Shown here: piece after piece, positions 55,501 through 64,000 of the stretch
How positions within the stretch are numbered: the stretch's first letter is position 1
Layout: every line of letters starts with the position of its first letter
IMG/VR virus record: IMGVR_UViG_3300041809_000801
Span: 1-64,000 of that record
DNA from: a virus
Strand: one strand, 5' to 3'
Length of the DNA: 64,000 nt
Notes under the pieces: model-generated
The model's database searches: none
Told to the model about the DNA's origin: nothing
Seen by the model: the letters and a program-made list of their open reading frames with translations, nothing else
Translations under genes and position numbers: made by a program

Positions 55501-56409
55501 GAACGGACCGTAGTTACGCTGGAACATGACAGCGACGGGAAAGGCATAGGTATAGCCATCCATCGTTCCCATGGAGTTGTTTACATTGCCATCACCCGCA
55601 CGCCAAATTCCAGTGTCACCGTTGATGGCTCCCATGTTGGTGAATTGATAAGTTGAATCGACAATAGGGGCTAGGTTGGTCGCAGTACCTTGACCATACA
55701 CAATCTCCGTGGGGATAGCGCCGGGGTCTAAACCAAACTGATACTTTGTAAAATTGTAGGTTAGAGCAACCCGCTGAATGTTGAACCGCCACTGAATCTG
55801 AGCACGCTCTGTAGTCAGGAGCCCCGTCCCTGCGGTTGTAGTTGCAAAGATGTCAACGGAGTCATCCGGCATAGTTTCTGCGTTGGCTTGGTCAGGTGAG
55901 GTACAACCATACGGGTAAAAGTAGCGAAGCTGAGTCACGGGGTCGAGGTAGTAACCCTGTCCCGTCGTCGGGTCGAGAGACTGATACCAAACTTCAAGGA
56001 AGATGACGTAAAGACGCGCATCCTCATCAGTGAACCCGTTCGCCCAATATACCGGCTTCTGAGCCGTGGAGAGCGTAATACGATTTTGCGTGAGGTCGGC
56101 GGAGTTGAACCCGGAGATAGAGACAACCTCTCCATTGAACAAGACATCGAAAGCTGGGATGACAAAGGTGTTGGAAACCAGTGGCGTGAATGTCAGTGGA
56201 GCATAGGTCAAACACCCGGAAGTTGCTGACTTATCTGCGAGAAGAAGATGACGCTTGTAGTCTTGAAGGTCCTGAATCAGGTTTACGTCTGCATCAGAGA
56301 GTTCGTGGTCATGTAGTCCCACAATTGTTCGGAGTGAACGACCGAACGGGTCGAGAGTACGACTTACGACAGAAGGATACTGAAATGAAGCGTCGTCTAT
56401 ATTTGCCAT
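52522..56409 (-). CDS. Large tail/baseplate protein with C-terminal beta-helix-like region
   Basis: 1295 aa; LSDADVNLIQD, IFLEVW, YVNN...GNDSNDGLS..TPKATI..AL..LP. Confidence 0.6.
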   Translation of the reverse strand: MANIDDASFQYPSVVSRTLDPFGRSLRTIVGLHDHELSDADVNLIQDLQDYKRHLLLADKSATSGCLTYAPLTFTPLVSNTFVIPAFDVLFNGEVVSISGFNSADLTQNRITLSTAQKPVYWANGFTDEDARLYVIFLEVWYQSLDPTTGQGYYLDPVTQLRYFYPYGCTSPDQANAETMPDDSVDIFATTTAGTGLLTTERAQIQWRFNIQRVALTYNFTKYQFGLDPGAIPTEIVYGQGTATNLAPIVDSTYQFTNMGAINGDTGIWRAGDGNVNNSMGTMDGYTYAFPVAVMFQRNYGPFSLVNNIFGCGDPSVSGSGLLQSTTPGASGVSGRFDGRLADQIFPDDVVDTRQTVTLDAWDLDKIMREGFVDLITGHGRIAIGRGDGYGLKTEGLGSALDYYISVAPTAVPNTNTLSGGWDGFANGFSSDLRTFYVTKQVTTSMKTAWFSSSAQSGPWMQGDAFTFTLPTSSNATIQSVTVQSFNSGIIAKTPINMPVAIYPATDGQFQVNGVGTKSVTLTLIKNLQGTPFDPGSNKMYCTLGVQYPANSGSDLKKTPIAVDGGIVSDATSGKNLPVYGVSEYEIFTNPLAVQAYNVTAYNPEYSNLVFGTRIEILVPGSTGTALGTTMVFIVNRTNLNSTVNGLYPISVVDAATRVPYTISGMLVKGPNCVITLSQLVPSTSTLVMTFLAQDTAQLAYNAPVKGVTEVEETVLFGTYTADSTLPMDSRVVVEVPSSQYDTTCYNATTNLTTIVVAASNAIIKGISGNDSNRLIWILDSTGNLNSTVCSTVNFNSGLATITVIGDVLGTGLVPAKPLNQFMFCGSILPAFTPTSSLTIVERYIPYQGEGVLSRNYEVIHNDDNALVTTNGSGAAPLVGLEDVYPYNREIPIATTLPALVNWSDATLINTPLASLFDSNYVAMRQNNVEHTFEVPLHTNDFIPPMNKDFRKEIQFINAGGGRGFSQATPHVGFAIAPPAPRTVLGQNLQATTAPIVLYVNNGPAGNDSNDGLSLNTPKATITAALDALPPVLRDPCSIQLVDTNVPFSITNLQSTLQEIALGDGDIRSAVYYALGNLAFTIQEAGRLVITAVAGATNPVVIDATGFTGFGNGPTSAFFIDNSRVIFNNITFQGFSNPAIYAIDSDVDFVDCIFTNNLQAGAFSQGCNAIFDRGSITLPDGGTGMVASSSEITASNMNLAVDVGAIPGQFFIGERNSTLNLQAHSATNLEETNVLNTTVVAQVEFNSSVVVTSDFQTNGAAVLSANSTLARTVTINPFLGGVTADSSSNTVTLLS

Positions 56410-56793
56410 CTATTTCCTCTTTAAGCAACCGCAACTTTTGGTCTTCCCCGACCGAAGACTACTCCCTGCTACACTGACAACCGTTCCGCAATCGCATCGG
56501 CAGTCCCATATCATTGACCGCCCATTCTTTTTCTTGCCCTTCCAGAGAACCAGCAACCTACCAAACCTTTGATTGACCAAGCTATACTTCTTTTCAGCCT
56601 TGGCCTGTTTGAGTTGCAATTGCACACAACCACAGCTTCTGGTTCGACCCTTCAACAAATCTTCTTGACGGACGTTAGTTCGACCGCCGCAACGGCAGGA
56701 GCACACCCATTTTGAACGCCCACCTTCAGTCACTCGGGTGAGAGCTACTAACAACCCAAACTGTTTACCAGCGAGATTATGTGGTTGCCGCAC
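56410..56793 (-). CDS. Homing-endonuclease-type Zn-ribbon repeat protein with no nuclease domain
   Basis: Two copies of L.G..FG.L.....W.C.C.CG...L..G.T.SCGC. Confidence 0.65.
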   Translation of the reverse strand: MRQPHNLAGKQFGLLVALTRVTEGGRSKWVCSCRCGGRTNVRQEDLLKGRTRSCGCVQLQLKQAKAEKKYSLVNQRFGRLLVLWKGKKKNGRSMIWDCRCDCGTVVSVAGSSLRSGKTKSCGCLKRK

Positions 56794-56880
56794 ACTGTAT
56801 TCCCATGCCCCTACTACTCAGGGGGCAATAGTCGGAGAACTTCTTTGACTTTCGAAAATCCTTTTGTAGAGAGGAATTTG

Positions 56881-57525
56881 ATGGCAACTGTCCCTTATAA
56901 TTACATCAATCAGTCCATAGTGGCTTCGTGCTTAATCCAGCCCAAGGACATCGACTCCTTCTATAACCCTGTTCTTTTGTCGCACACGGGTTACGCCTCA
57001 GATGGCACTCTGTACTCCGCTGGGGTGCAACAGCCCGGACCTATTTATGCCTCGTGGTACTCAGAATCGCCGGGATCGTATCGAGGGAGTCTCGCCACTT
57101 TTCCTCAAACCGGGCTTGTTCTTCTTTCGAACACCGCAATGACTATTCTCGATGGGAGCAGCCTTGCTCTAAATCTATGGATGCTCTTTCTACTTCAAAA
57201 TGTGATAGTCGCCCCCGTGCCGCCGCCACTTTCACCGCCGCTATCTCCTCCGTTGTCTCCACCACTTTCACCGCCGCTGTCCCCTCCGCTTTCTCCTCCT
57301 GTTTTTGCGGGTGGGTATGCGCTTGTAGACAATTTCAATAGTGAAGTCAATGGGTGGGTGCCCAGCGGGTTGGCTTACGCAGATGGAGTCGTTTCTGTTA
57401 TCTTTGCCCCCGATTTTGGCAATGAGAGCAGAAATATCACAGGAGACAATTACGACATCGGCTCCAATATGGTTGTTAGCATTGACTTTTCTCAAGATGC
57501 GGTGTATCTCGATGTTGCTGTGTAA
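56881..57525 (+). CDS. Hypothetical virion protein with (PPLS)n repeat
   Basis: ATG 56881 with SD GAGG; six PPLS units. Confidence 0.65.
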   Translation: MATVPYNYINQSIVASCLIQPKDIDSFYNPVLLSHTGYASDGTLYSAGVQQPGPIYASWYSESPGSYRGSLATFPQTGLVLLSNTAMTILDGSSLALNLWMLFLLQNVIVAPVPPPLSPPLSPPLSPPLSPPLSPPLSPPVFAGGYALVDNFNSEVNGWVPSGLAYADGVVSVIFAPDFGNESRNITGDNYDIGSNMVVSIDFSQDAVYLDVAV

Positions 57526-57579
57526 CAAAAATTTCTCAAAAACTAGCCAAAACCATGGCTAAACGGGTATACTACAGTT

Positions 57580-58614
57580 ATGGACGAGATTCTTTCCACA
57601 CCCTTTGTTGACGCAGCCATTGCCAATGACCCCCGACGCCAGATGAAGTTCGAAGAGGGAAAGCAAACTTTGGTGGACGGCATTGCCAGTCATCAGATTT
57701 ACAATCCCGAATACGTCCAAGCCAAGGATGCCATTCGTCGGGCACTGGACGATACCTTCCGCAAGGCGCACGACGCCATCGTTACGGCTCAACGTTTGAA
57801 TAACTTCGCCGGAACTTATGACTACTGGGATTTCGGCATGAGTTTCGATTCAGCCTCCGTCCCCAAGCAGTACCGTACTCTGACCAAAAAATTCGATAAG
57901 TACACTCCCGGCAAGGTGGCCGAGCCGCATCAGGTCGGTCTGAACGTCATTTACCGTTACATGGACATCCTCAGTGACGCCGTGAAGATGGTCAACCTTC
58001 TCAAAGAAGCAAAACCTTTCATCATCAAAGGCCGCAAACCTCCGGTTCTAACCGAGGCACAGCGAGTGCAGCAAGAGGCCGACCTGAAAAACACAGGCAT
58101 CTGCCCAGTTTGCATGAGGCGGCAGAAGCTGACCTTTGAGAGCACACTGGTGGCTCACGGATACACTATCCCTCGCGGATGGGGTGGTCGGAATGGAATG
58201 TGCGTCGGTCGTGGACATCAAGCGTGGGAACTCTCTCCTGAGGGGGCTGTAGCCTACAAAGAGATGCTGGAAAAGTATCTTGTGGATTTGAAAAAGCTGC
58301 TAGTCAACTTGCAAGACAGCAAGTCCCCCACTCTCTCGGAGATGGTTCAAGTACGTAAGCCGAAGACTGTTGGCGGGTTTACATCGCTACAGTATCAGAA
58401 TGAGCAGCGTACCTACGACAAGGGCACGCCTGAGTATGACCGTGTACGGCGCACGGAACTTCGCAAAACCGAAATCGCCATCGAGGGCATCAAGGCCGAA
58501 ATTGAAGCGGTCAGCGGACGCATTGCCAATTGGAAGGCGGAGCCGCTGAAATACGGCGGTGCCGAAACTCAGGAACGTTGGCAGTCCCGATTACTTAAGA
58601 AAACCGATAAATAA
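57580..58614 (+). CDS. Hypothetical protein (probably leaderless mRNA)
   Basis: 344 aa; GICPVC...AHGY...C.G; ATG 7 nt after TATACT. Confidence 0.65.
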   Translation: MDEILSTPFVDAAIANDPRRQMKFEEGKQTLVDGIASHQIYNPEYVQAKDAIRRALDDTFRKAHDAIVTAQRLNNFAGTYDYWDFGMSFDSASVPKQYRTLTKKFDKYTPGKVAEPHQVGLNVIYRYMDILSDAVKMVNLLKEAKPFIIKGRKPPVLTEAQRVQQEADLKNTGICPVCMRRQKLTFESTLVAHGYTIPRGWGGRNGMCVGRGHQAWELSPEGAVAYKEMLEKYLVDLKKLLVNLQDSKSPTLSEMVQVRKPKTVGGFTSLQYQNEQRTYDKGTPEYDRVRRTELRKTEIAIEGIKAEIEAVSGRIANWKAEPLKYGGAETQERWQSRLLKKTDK

Positions 58615-58683
58615 CGGCAAAAACGCAGTTCGCAAAAAAGCAGCCTGAAACAAAACCTCTACCAAACTCTTGGTAGAGGCTCC

Positions 58684-59199
58684 ATGGCTGACTTTCAAAC
58701 CTGCTACAAATTCATGCTACCGAACGAAGACGCGGTTCCGACGTACGCGGTCGCGCCTGACCCGCCTCCCGGTGCGTATGCTATCAGCGGGATTAACAGC
58801 TTCTCGTTCCCCACACAATATGCTGCCATCGCTGCAATTCCACAGGCTGAACGCGGTCCAGCGGTGATGCAGTTCTATCTGACAACCTTCTGGAATCAGT
58901 GGCTCGAACAACTGACCTCGGATGCGGTCGCAATGAGGGTCTTCGATGCTAGTGTCAATATGGGAGTGAAGGAAGCGATTGTTCTTCTGCAACAGGCGGT
59001 GAATTCTCTCTCCACTACACCCCTTGTTGTAGACGGTAAGATAGGACCAAAAACTGTAGCTGCTGCGAATGCCTGTGTAGACACGAGTCTCGTATCTGCG
59101 TTTCAACATGCCAGAGTCAGTTATTACGAAGAGATTGTCGCCAAGAATCCTGCGGATGCAATCTACCTAAAAGGCTGGACGGCTAGAGCCCTCAAATAG
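58684..59199 (+). CDS. Glycoside hydrolase family 108-like endolysin with PG-binding C-terminus
   Basis: F.....F.L.NE...D...GI, FY...FW, FDASVNMG, LLQQA, VDGKIGPKT, YLKGW..R. Confidence 0.85.
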   Translation: MADFQTCYKFMLPNEDAVPTYAVAPDPPPGAYAISGINSFSFPTQYAAIAAIPQAERGPAVMQFYLTTFWNQWLEQLTSDAVAMRVFDASVNMGVKEAIVLLQQAVNSLSTTPLVVDGKIGPKTVAAANACVDTSLVSAFQHARVSYYEEIVAKNPADAIYLKGWTARALK

Positions 59200-59738
59200 G
59201 ACTAACGCTGCTTGTGGTTTCTCTTCTCTTCAGCTTCACGTGCGGAAATCCAACTGGTTTTACATTCATCGAGCCATGAGCCCGACTGAATTTCTGCGTG
59301 ACTTAAACGATGTCGGAGAGTCCACCACTCCAGACCTGTCGCATCCCTATCGAAAATATTCTTCAAGCCGTCGTTGAGTATTTCAATGGCGTTGCAGCAA
59401 CTGGAATAGTTCCCGTTGGCTGAGTCACGCAAATAGTCCATCGCATGAACTACCATTATCATCAGTCGCACACGGTCGGATAGGTTGGGCAACAACCTCT
59501 CAATGGTTTCTTGAGGCCACTGTTCGTTGTATAGGCTAGAAGAGTTCAAGGTAGGCAAAGTCCTTTTTATTGCGGAATCTCTCCATCCACAGAACATACG
59601 GGATTACAGACGCGACGAAGCCAAGAGCCCAAAGCAGAGCAAGAATATTGCGGCGGAACCACCCACCCTCATTACAGTAGTGGGCAGAGTAGAAGCACAG
59701 CCGGATACACCCTTCCCATAGATTGTAACGCCCATTCT

Positions 59739-59972
59739 TCACTGTGGTGCAATCTCGATGGAGTAATGTTTACGTTTGCTCTCTCGTCTCTGCTCTCCTT
59801 CAATCTCAAGAAGGAGAGAGTTGTCTTGAGGAATGAATAGCCAATCGACATTAGTATAGTTGGAGAGCACCAACCCCATCTCTTGTGGAGTGAGCCCAAC
59901 CAAAGAATGACAGAGAGGGTTAATCTCGGCATCTCTCAACGCTGTCGGTATTTCATTCATTTCATCAAACAT
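59739..59972 (-). CDS. Hypothetical protein
   Basis: 77 aa, SD GGAGG. Confidence 0.5.
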   Translation of the reverse strand: MFDEMNEIPTALRDAEINPLCHSLVGLTPQEMGLVLSNYTNVDWLFIPQDNSLLLEIEGEQRRESKRKHYSIEIAPQ

Positions 59973-60196
59973 CAAACCTCCGGGTGTGTGCCCATCCCAT
60001 CAGAGATGGGACCAACCTCAGTTGCCTTGATTTTAGCGACCTGTGCCTCATCCACCGTTTGGACACTCTTGAGTGCTTGATTGAATTGATAAACAGCGAG
60101 AGCCTCTTCCGGGTCTATCCCATTACTGGTGTACGCCCGGAAGATGTGCTGGAGATAGCCAAACAGGTCGTCCTGCAAAATCAAAACCTTCATCAT
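59972..60196 (-). CDS. Hypothetical protein
   Basis: About 74 aa, SD GAGG. Confidence 0.5.
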   Translation of the reverse strand: MMKVLILQDDLFGYLQHIFRAYTSNGIDPEEALAVYQFNQALKSVQTVDEAQVAKIKATEVGPISDGMGTHPEV

Positions 60197-60201
60197 AAAC
60201 C

Positions 60202-60846
60202 TCAATCCCCTAATACTCCCTTAAATGGGGAATTCAACATAGAAATGTTGACAGCGTAGTAGTCTGACCTGCGCCCCCACAAAATGGCTTGTCGGGCATC
60301 AGTGAAAAAGACATCCACTACTGGTCGTGTTTCGGCTGGCGACGTGAGGTCAACAAATCGAGCAATAGTCTGACGGTGACTCCTCTTGTGAATGAGAACG
60401 AGGTAATCATTCATCCGAGCGTGAAGCTTGGCTGCTGCGGTCGGCGACAAGGCCACATTCACCACCCTATCTTCTGGTAGTGTGTGCTGCGGGACCGAGT
60501 ATGCATGAGTAACGCTCTTCCCGTCAGCAAAAACTGCTGACTGAGACGACCGTGTGTAGGCGGTTACCTGCACTGCTGTTTTGTATTTTTCGAGGAATCC
60601 GAGTTGTCTTTCAGCAACCGCGAGGCGGATTTGGATTTGCTTTAACTCAGTTTGTGAAGACGAAAGTTGGTTGGTTTTTTCGTTCAGTTGACGGGCAAGT
60701 GCGTGGTTCTGCTCATGCAGAATTCCAATGGTCGCACCAAAGGCGAGGGCAATGAGTAGTGCTACTCCTAGCTTGAACTTTTTCATAGCGAGTTTGGTAA
60801 GGTGTTGCTTCCCGAACGCTCGTATTGCTCCTTTCGCCGAAGTCAT
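60202..60846 (-). CDS. Membrane-anchored coiled-coil protein with 3D/RlpA-like domain
   Basis: TM helix, coiled coil, VQVTAYT...FADG...VALSP...VDL...VDVF. Confidence 0.55.
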   Translation of the reverse strand: MTSAKGAIRAFGKQHLTKLAMKKFKLGVALLIALAFGATIGILHEQNHALARQLNEKTNQLSSSQTELKQIQIRLAVAERQLGFLEKYKTAVQVTAYTRSSQSAVFADGKSVTHAYSVPQHTLPEDRVVNVALSPTAAAKLHARMNDYLVLIHKRSHRQTIARFVDLTSPAETRPVVDVFFTDARQAILWGRRSDYYAVNISMLNSPFKGVLGD

Positions 60847-60973
60847 TCTAATAGAATACCTCAACGGCGTGGTTTTTGGTATAAAAAAATGTTAAGGTTT
60901 TTGGTTTCAGTTAGTTAACTGAGCCACGTAAAAAGCATTGCATACCTATAGTTTGGTATTGTGGAAACTCGAC

Positions 60974-63900
60974 CTAGAAAGTACCGAGGTTCGTCAGATT
61001 CGGAATGTGCGGCTCGTAAACGAACTGGTTAGAACTGATTGCTCGACCGACGATGACTGTCCACTGACACGGAGGCAATGGGGGCGACAGGGGTGGTGAG
61101 AGTGGAGGGGATAGTGGGGGTGACAGGGGTGGTGAGAGCGGTGCGGAACCGTTAATCAGAAGCGCGTAGTTTTGCGTGAGCACGCCACCCGGTCCAGCAT
61201 AGATGAGCCCACCTGTAGTGAAGTTGGCACCATCATACTCATACACACCACCAAAATATGTAGCCACAATAATGCTCTCTCCCGCGACTGCCGAAGAAAG
61301 CGCAACGCCTGTAACAATGGGATAGATGGGGTCACCATAGCCATCTGTTTGAACAGTAGTTGGGTCGATGGCTGACACATTACCATCGGGAGAGACTGCC
61401 ACGGCTGTGAGCGGACCAATCGTGGAATCTGCGATGAAGGTACGAGTGGAACTCGTGCCAGTGTTGGAAGGAACACCGCCGCTTGAACTGGGCGTAGTGG
61501 TATCAGTGAGAGTGGCTGCAACATAGCTCCCAACAACAATGTTTTGAGACACTGAGAGATTATGTGTGGCCACGACTGTCATGACATCCCCGACATTGAA
61601 ATATGGGGCGAGAGATATTTGGAGCGAGGTTGGACCGGATTGAGTTCCATCGGTGGAGGATGTGGCAAGCACCGTGCCATTCAAGAACACTGTACCAGTA
61701 CGAACCCCGGCGAGACCCGTGTCCCAGTTCAATAGAACAGTCACAGCGTAATTACCTGCTGTCTGAATTGTGAACGTGTTGGGACTTGTGACGTTCCCAC
61801 TCATGTCGAAATCAACTTGGTCAAAAGATACTTGGAGCCCTGTCAATCCGGGAGGGACTACGTTTATAGCCGAAACAACTTCTACCTTGAAGCCAACGTT
61901 TTGAAAAGTCTTAATGATGGACTGGCTCTGCTGAATCGAATTTTGAATAGCATTGCTGACCGTTGAGGCCATCTGAAGAGTCGCCGCGTAGCTCAGGTTA
62001 GTGCGAAGCATAGCAAGCTGCGTCGGGATAGGAAGTTGCTGAATATCGGGACGGTTCAGATAGGTGGCGGGATCAAAAGAAATACCATCCCAACCATTCT
62101 CAACACCGGGACCAAGAGTGGTGGTGTAGCTGACAACAGGTACTTCTGGAATCGTAAGCAGGTCGCTTCCCGGCAACCAATTGCGATTGCGTGTAGCTGC
62201 ATCGGATTGAATCTGGTTGTAAATTGCCAGACTGCCTAAGGGGTCAATAGCCGAATCCAAAGCAGCCGAATAGGTAACAACAAACGAGATGAGATACGGG
62301 TCTTGCAGCAACAACGCTTGAAGGTTCGCATTGAATGTCCGCCAAAACTGCGTGAAGCGGTCAACCTCTGTGGCAACAGCGAACTGATTGAAGATGTACT
62401 TGAACTGCGGACGGTTCGTGGTGTAATTGGGGGTGTTCTGAATGTTGATACTTGCGATGTCAATGACTTCTTGCAACACAGCACCGATAGCAGAGGGGAA
62501 TGTGCAGTCAACCGGGTACTCGGCAGTAGTGGCTCCAAGTGTAACCGTGCTTGTGACCGTTGCAGCAACCGCTGTTGCCTTGTAGTCCAAATCAGTTCCA
62601 GTAAATCCCGACACATAGTTCCCACTCGCATACGCATCCCATGTCGTGTTGCGGGTGTAACCAAGAAGACTAGCCTCAATGTATGACAGCATCCAAAGAA
62701 GATTTCCCCTTACGAAAGGAGAAGCCCCCGTGAGTGTCACCAAAAGAGGAATGGCGTGTGGAGCATCATTTACTGTAGTGCTTGGCAAAACGCAGTTCCA
62801 AGGCACCGGATTATCCGCCAAGTAAGTAAGCGACGGTGTAATGTATGTTGTATAAGCTGTCTGAAAACTAGTCAACCAATTACCAGCGCGACCGATGCGA
62901 TTGAGGTTCAAATAGAACAGCCACTCTGCCGTGAGATTGGGATCAAAATTGGATGCAACAATCTGCCCGAGATTGACAAACTCCACCAGCGTCCTCTGCA
63001 AGTCCGTGGGGTCTGTAACATAACGAGTTTGGGGCACCACGCAGACGATGTTGTCTTGATACGTGGTAGAAGGCATCTGATAGTTGGAGATAATCGTAGA
63101 GGGGTCAGGCACTGAGCCCAACATCGAACTATTCACATTGAACGGCGTAGCGTCGTTGTATGCTTCATCTGCTGGAGAGAGATAATTGGGTGTCGCAATA
63201 GTTCCCTGCATCAAAGATACATAAGCCGGGTCAGCAAGGTTCTGCCCTGTCGGGGAAATCGTCCCACTCAACGGCGGGGCAATCAAAGTTGTGCCAAGGG
63301 TCAACCCGCTATATGTTGTAATGCTTGCTGGTGGTGTCTGAGACGTAGGGCCTGTAGTGGCTCCAGTGCTTGTACTAGGCGGGGACGGGCTTATGAAAAT
63401 ACAGTTGCTGAACTGAAAGTTGGACAACAAAGAAGGAATGGCGTTCAGGTTGCTGAGTGACCCCAAGCTTTTAATCGTGTTGAGAAGAATGTTGAAAGAA
63501 GTCAGAGGAGCAAAGACGACCCCATTCCAATGCCAGATCGTATCCTTAAACTGCGACCCGAGATAATTTGGAAGTGAGGCAAGCGAAGGCAAATGCCAAT
63601 TACAAATTTGCTGTAGAAGATTTGCCAATGAGTTGAGATTCTGAGACACCAAACTCAACATACTCGACTCTATGCCCTTAAGTATAGCGATGTTCTGGTT
63701 TACCGCCAGAATGAGATTGGTGATTTCATTCTGGAATGTGTTGATGTCTCTGATGATTGTGCCGGAGTCGATGGCGTACTTGATAGCTCTAGCAGGATTC
63801 GACAACTGCCCGTTTACCGCGAGAGAGTTCATGCGAGTGTGGGTAAGAATTTGCCGCATGAGTTCTTTTTGTTTCTGAGCCAGCCAGTGTTGTGCGTCTG

Positions 63901-64000
63901 CGATATTCCGCTCAACGAAACGACCTTGCTCCATCGCTTGATGGTAGAACTGTTCAATCTCAGGGTCACCGAGCGGGTTTAGACGCTGCACCGCGCCCTT
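60974..64000 (-). CDS. Large virion protein with (PPLS)n repeat, 5' end outside window
   Basis: More than 1005 aa; five PLSP-type units near the C-terminus. Confidence 0.65.
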   Translation of the reverse strand, partial: KGAVQRLNPLGDPEIEQFYHQAMEQGRFVERNIADAQHWLAQKQKELMRQILTHTRMNSLAVNGQLSNPARAIKYAIDSGTIIRDINTFQNEITNLILAVNQNIAILKGIESSMLSLVSQNLNSLANLLQQICNWHLPSLASLPNYLGSQFKDTIWHWNGVVFAPLTSFNILLNTIKSLGSLSNLNAIPSLLSNFQFSNCIFISPSPPSTSTGATTGPTSQTPPASITTYSGLTLGTTLIAPPLSGTISPTGQNLADPAYVSLMQGTIATPNYLSPADEAYNDATPFNVNSSMLGSVPDPSTIISNYQMPSTTYQDNIVCVVPQTRYVTDPTDLQRTLVEFVNLGQIVASNFDPNLTAEWLFYLNLNRIGRAGNWLTSFQTAYTTYITPSLTYLADNPVPWNCVLPSTTVNDAPHAIPLLVTLTGASPFVRGNLLWMLSYIEASLLGYTRNTTWDAYASGNYVSGFTGTDLDYKATAVAATVTSTVTLGATTAEYPVDCTFPSAIGAVLQEVIDIASINIQNTPNYTTNRPQFKYIFNQFAVATEVDRFTQFWRTFNANLQALLLQDPYLISFVVTYSAALDSAIDPLGSLAIYNQIQSDAATRNRNWLPGSDLLTIPEVPVVSYTTTLGPGVENGWDGISFDPATYLNRPDIQQLPIPTQLAMLRTNLSYAATLQMASTVSNAIQNSIQQSQSIIKTFQNVGFKVEVVSAINVVPPGLTGLQVSFDQVDFDMSGNVTSPNTFTIQTAGNYAVTVLLNWDTGLAGVRTGTVFLNGTVLATSSTDGTQSGPTSLQISLAPYFNVGDVMTVVATHNLSVSQNIVVGSYVAATLTDTTTPSSSGGVPSNTGTSSTRTFIADSTIGPLTAVAVSPDGNVSAIDPTTVQTDGYGDPIYPIVTGVALSSAVAGESIIVATYFGGVYEYDGANFTTGGLIYAGPGGVLTQNYALLINGSAPLSPPLSPPLSPPLSPPLSPPLPPCQWTVIVGRAISSNQFVYEPHIPNLTNLGTF

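Noticed and set aside
1-64000. Genome-wide TAG reassignment (code 15)
   Set aside because: Genes up to 2150 codons are open in code 11 and TAG ends several tightly packed genes

Overview
A 64-kb segment of a large lytic dsDNA phage (jumbo/myovirus-like; host not determinable here), mostly encoded on the - strand. Left: NAD+ salvage pair (NAMPT plus NMNAT-Nudix) and a UvrD helicase carrying an intein. From about 7.4 to 23.3 kb: an RNA-dense island with a ROT/TROVE-like-TerD protein flanked by five Y-RNA-like stem-loops (one with a permuted tRNA domain), an RNA ligase, 11 tRNA genes (5 Thr, 2 Gln, 2 Ile, Val, one CUA amber suppressor; several atypical), a two-piece tmRNA, a Pth2-like gene interrupted by an amber codon and several homing endonucleases. 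The most striking feature (16.05-16.44 kb) is a sigma70-type promoter followed by five tandem NCCA-ended tRNA-minihelix hairpins and then a Thr-rich leader peptide with a complete attenuator, placed upstream of the Ile/Thr/Gln tRNA operon. My inference is a phage system that decoys, senses, replaces and repairs attacked tRNAs. Right (24-64 kb): probable virion/internal-head proteins, Dps, baseplate/tail genes, a 2150-aa Ig-repeat protein and a GH108-like lysin. All family calls come from motif recognition by eye; no database searches were run.
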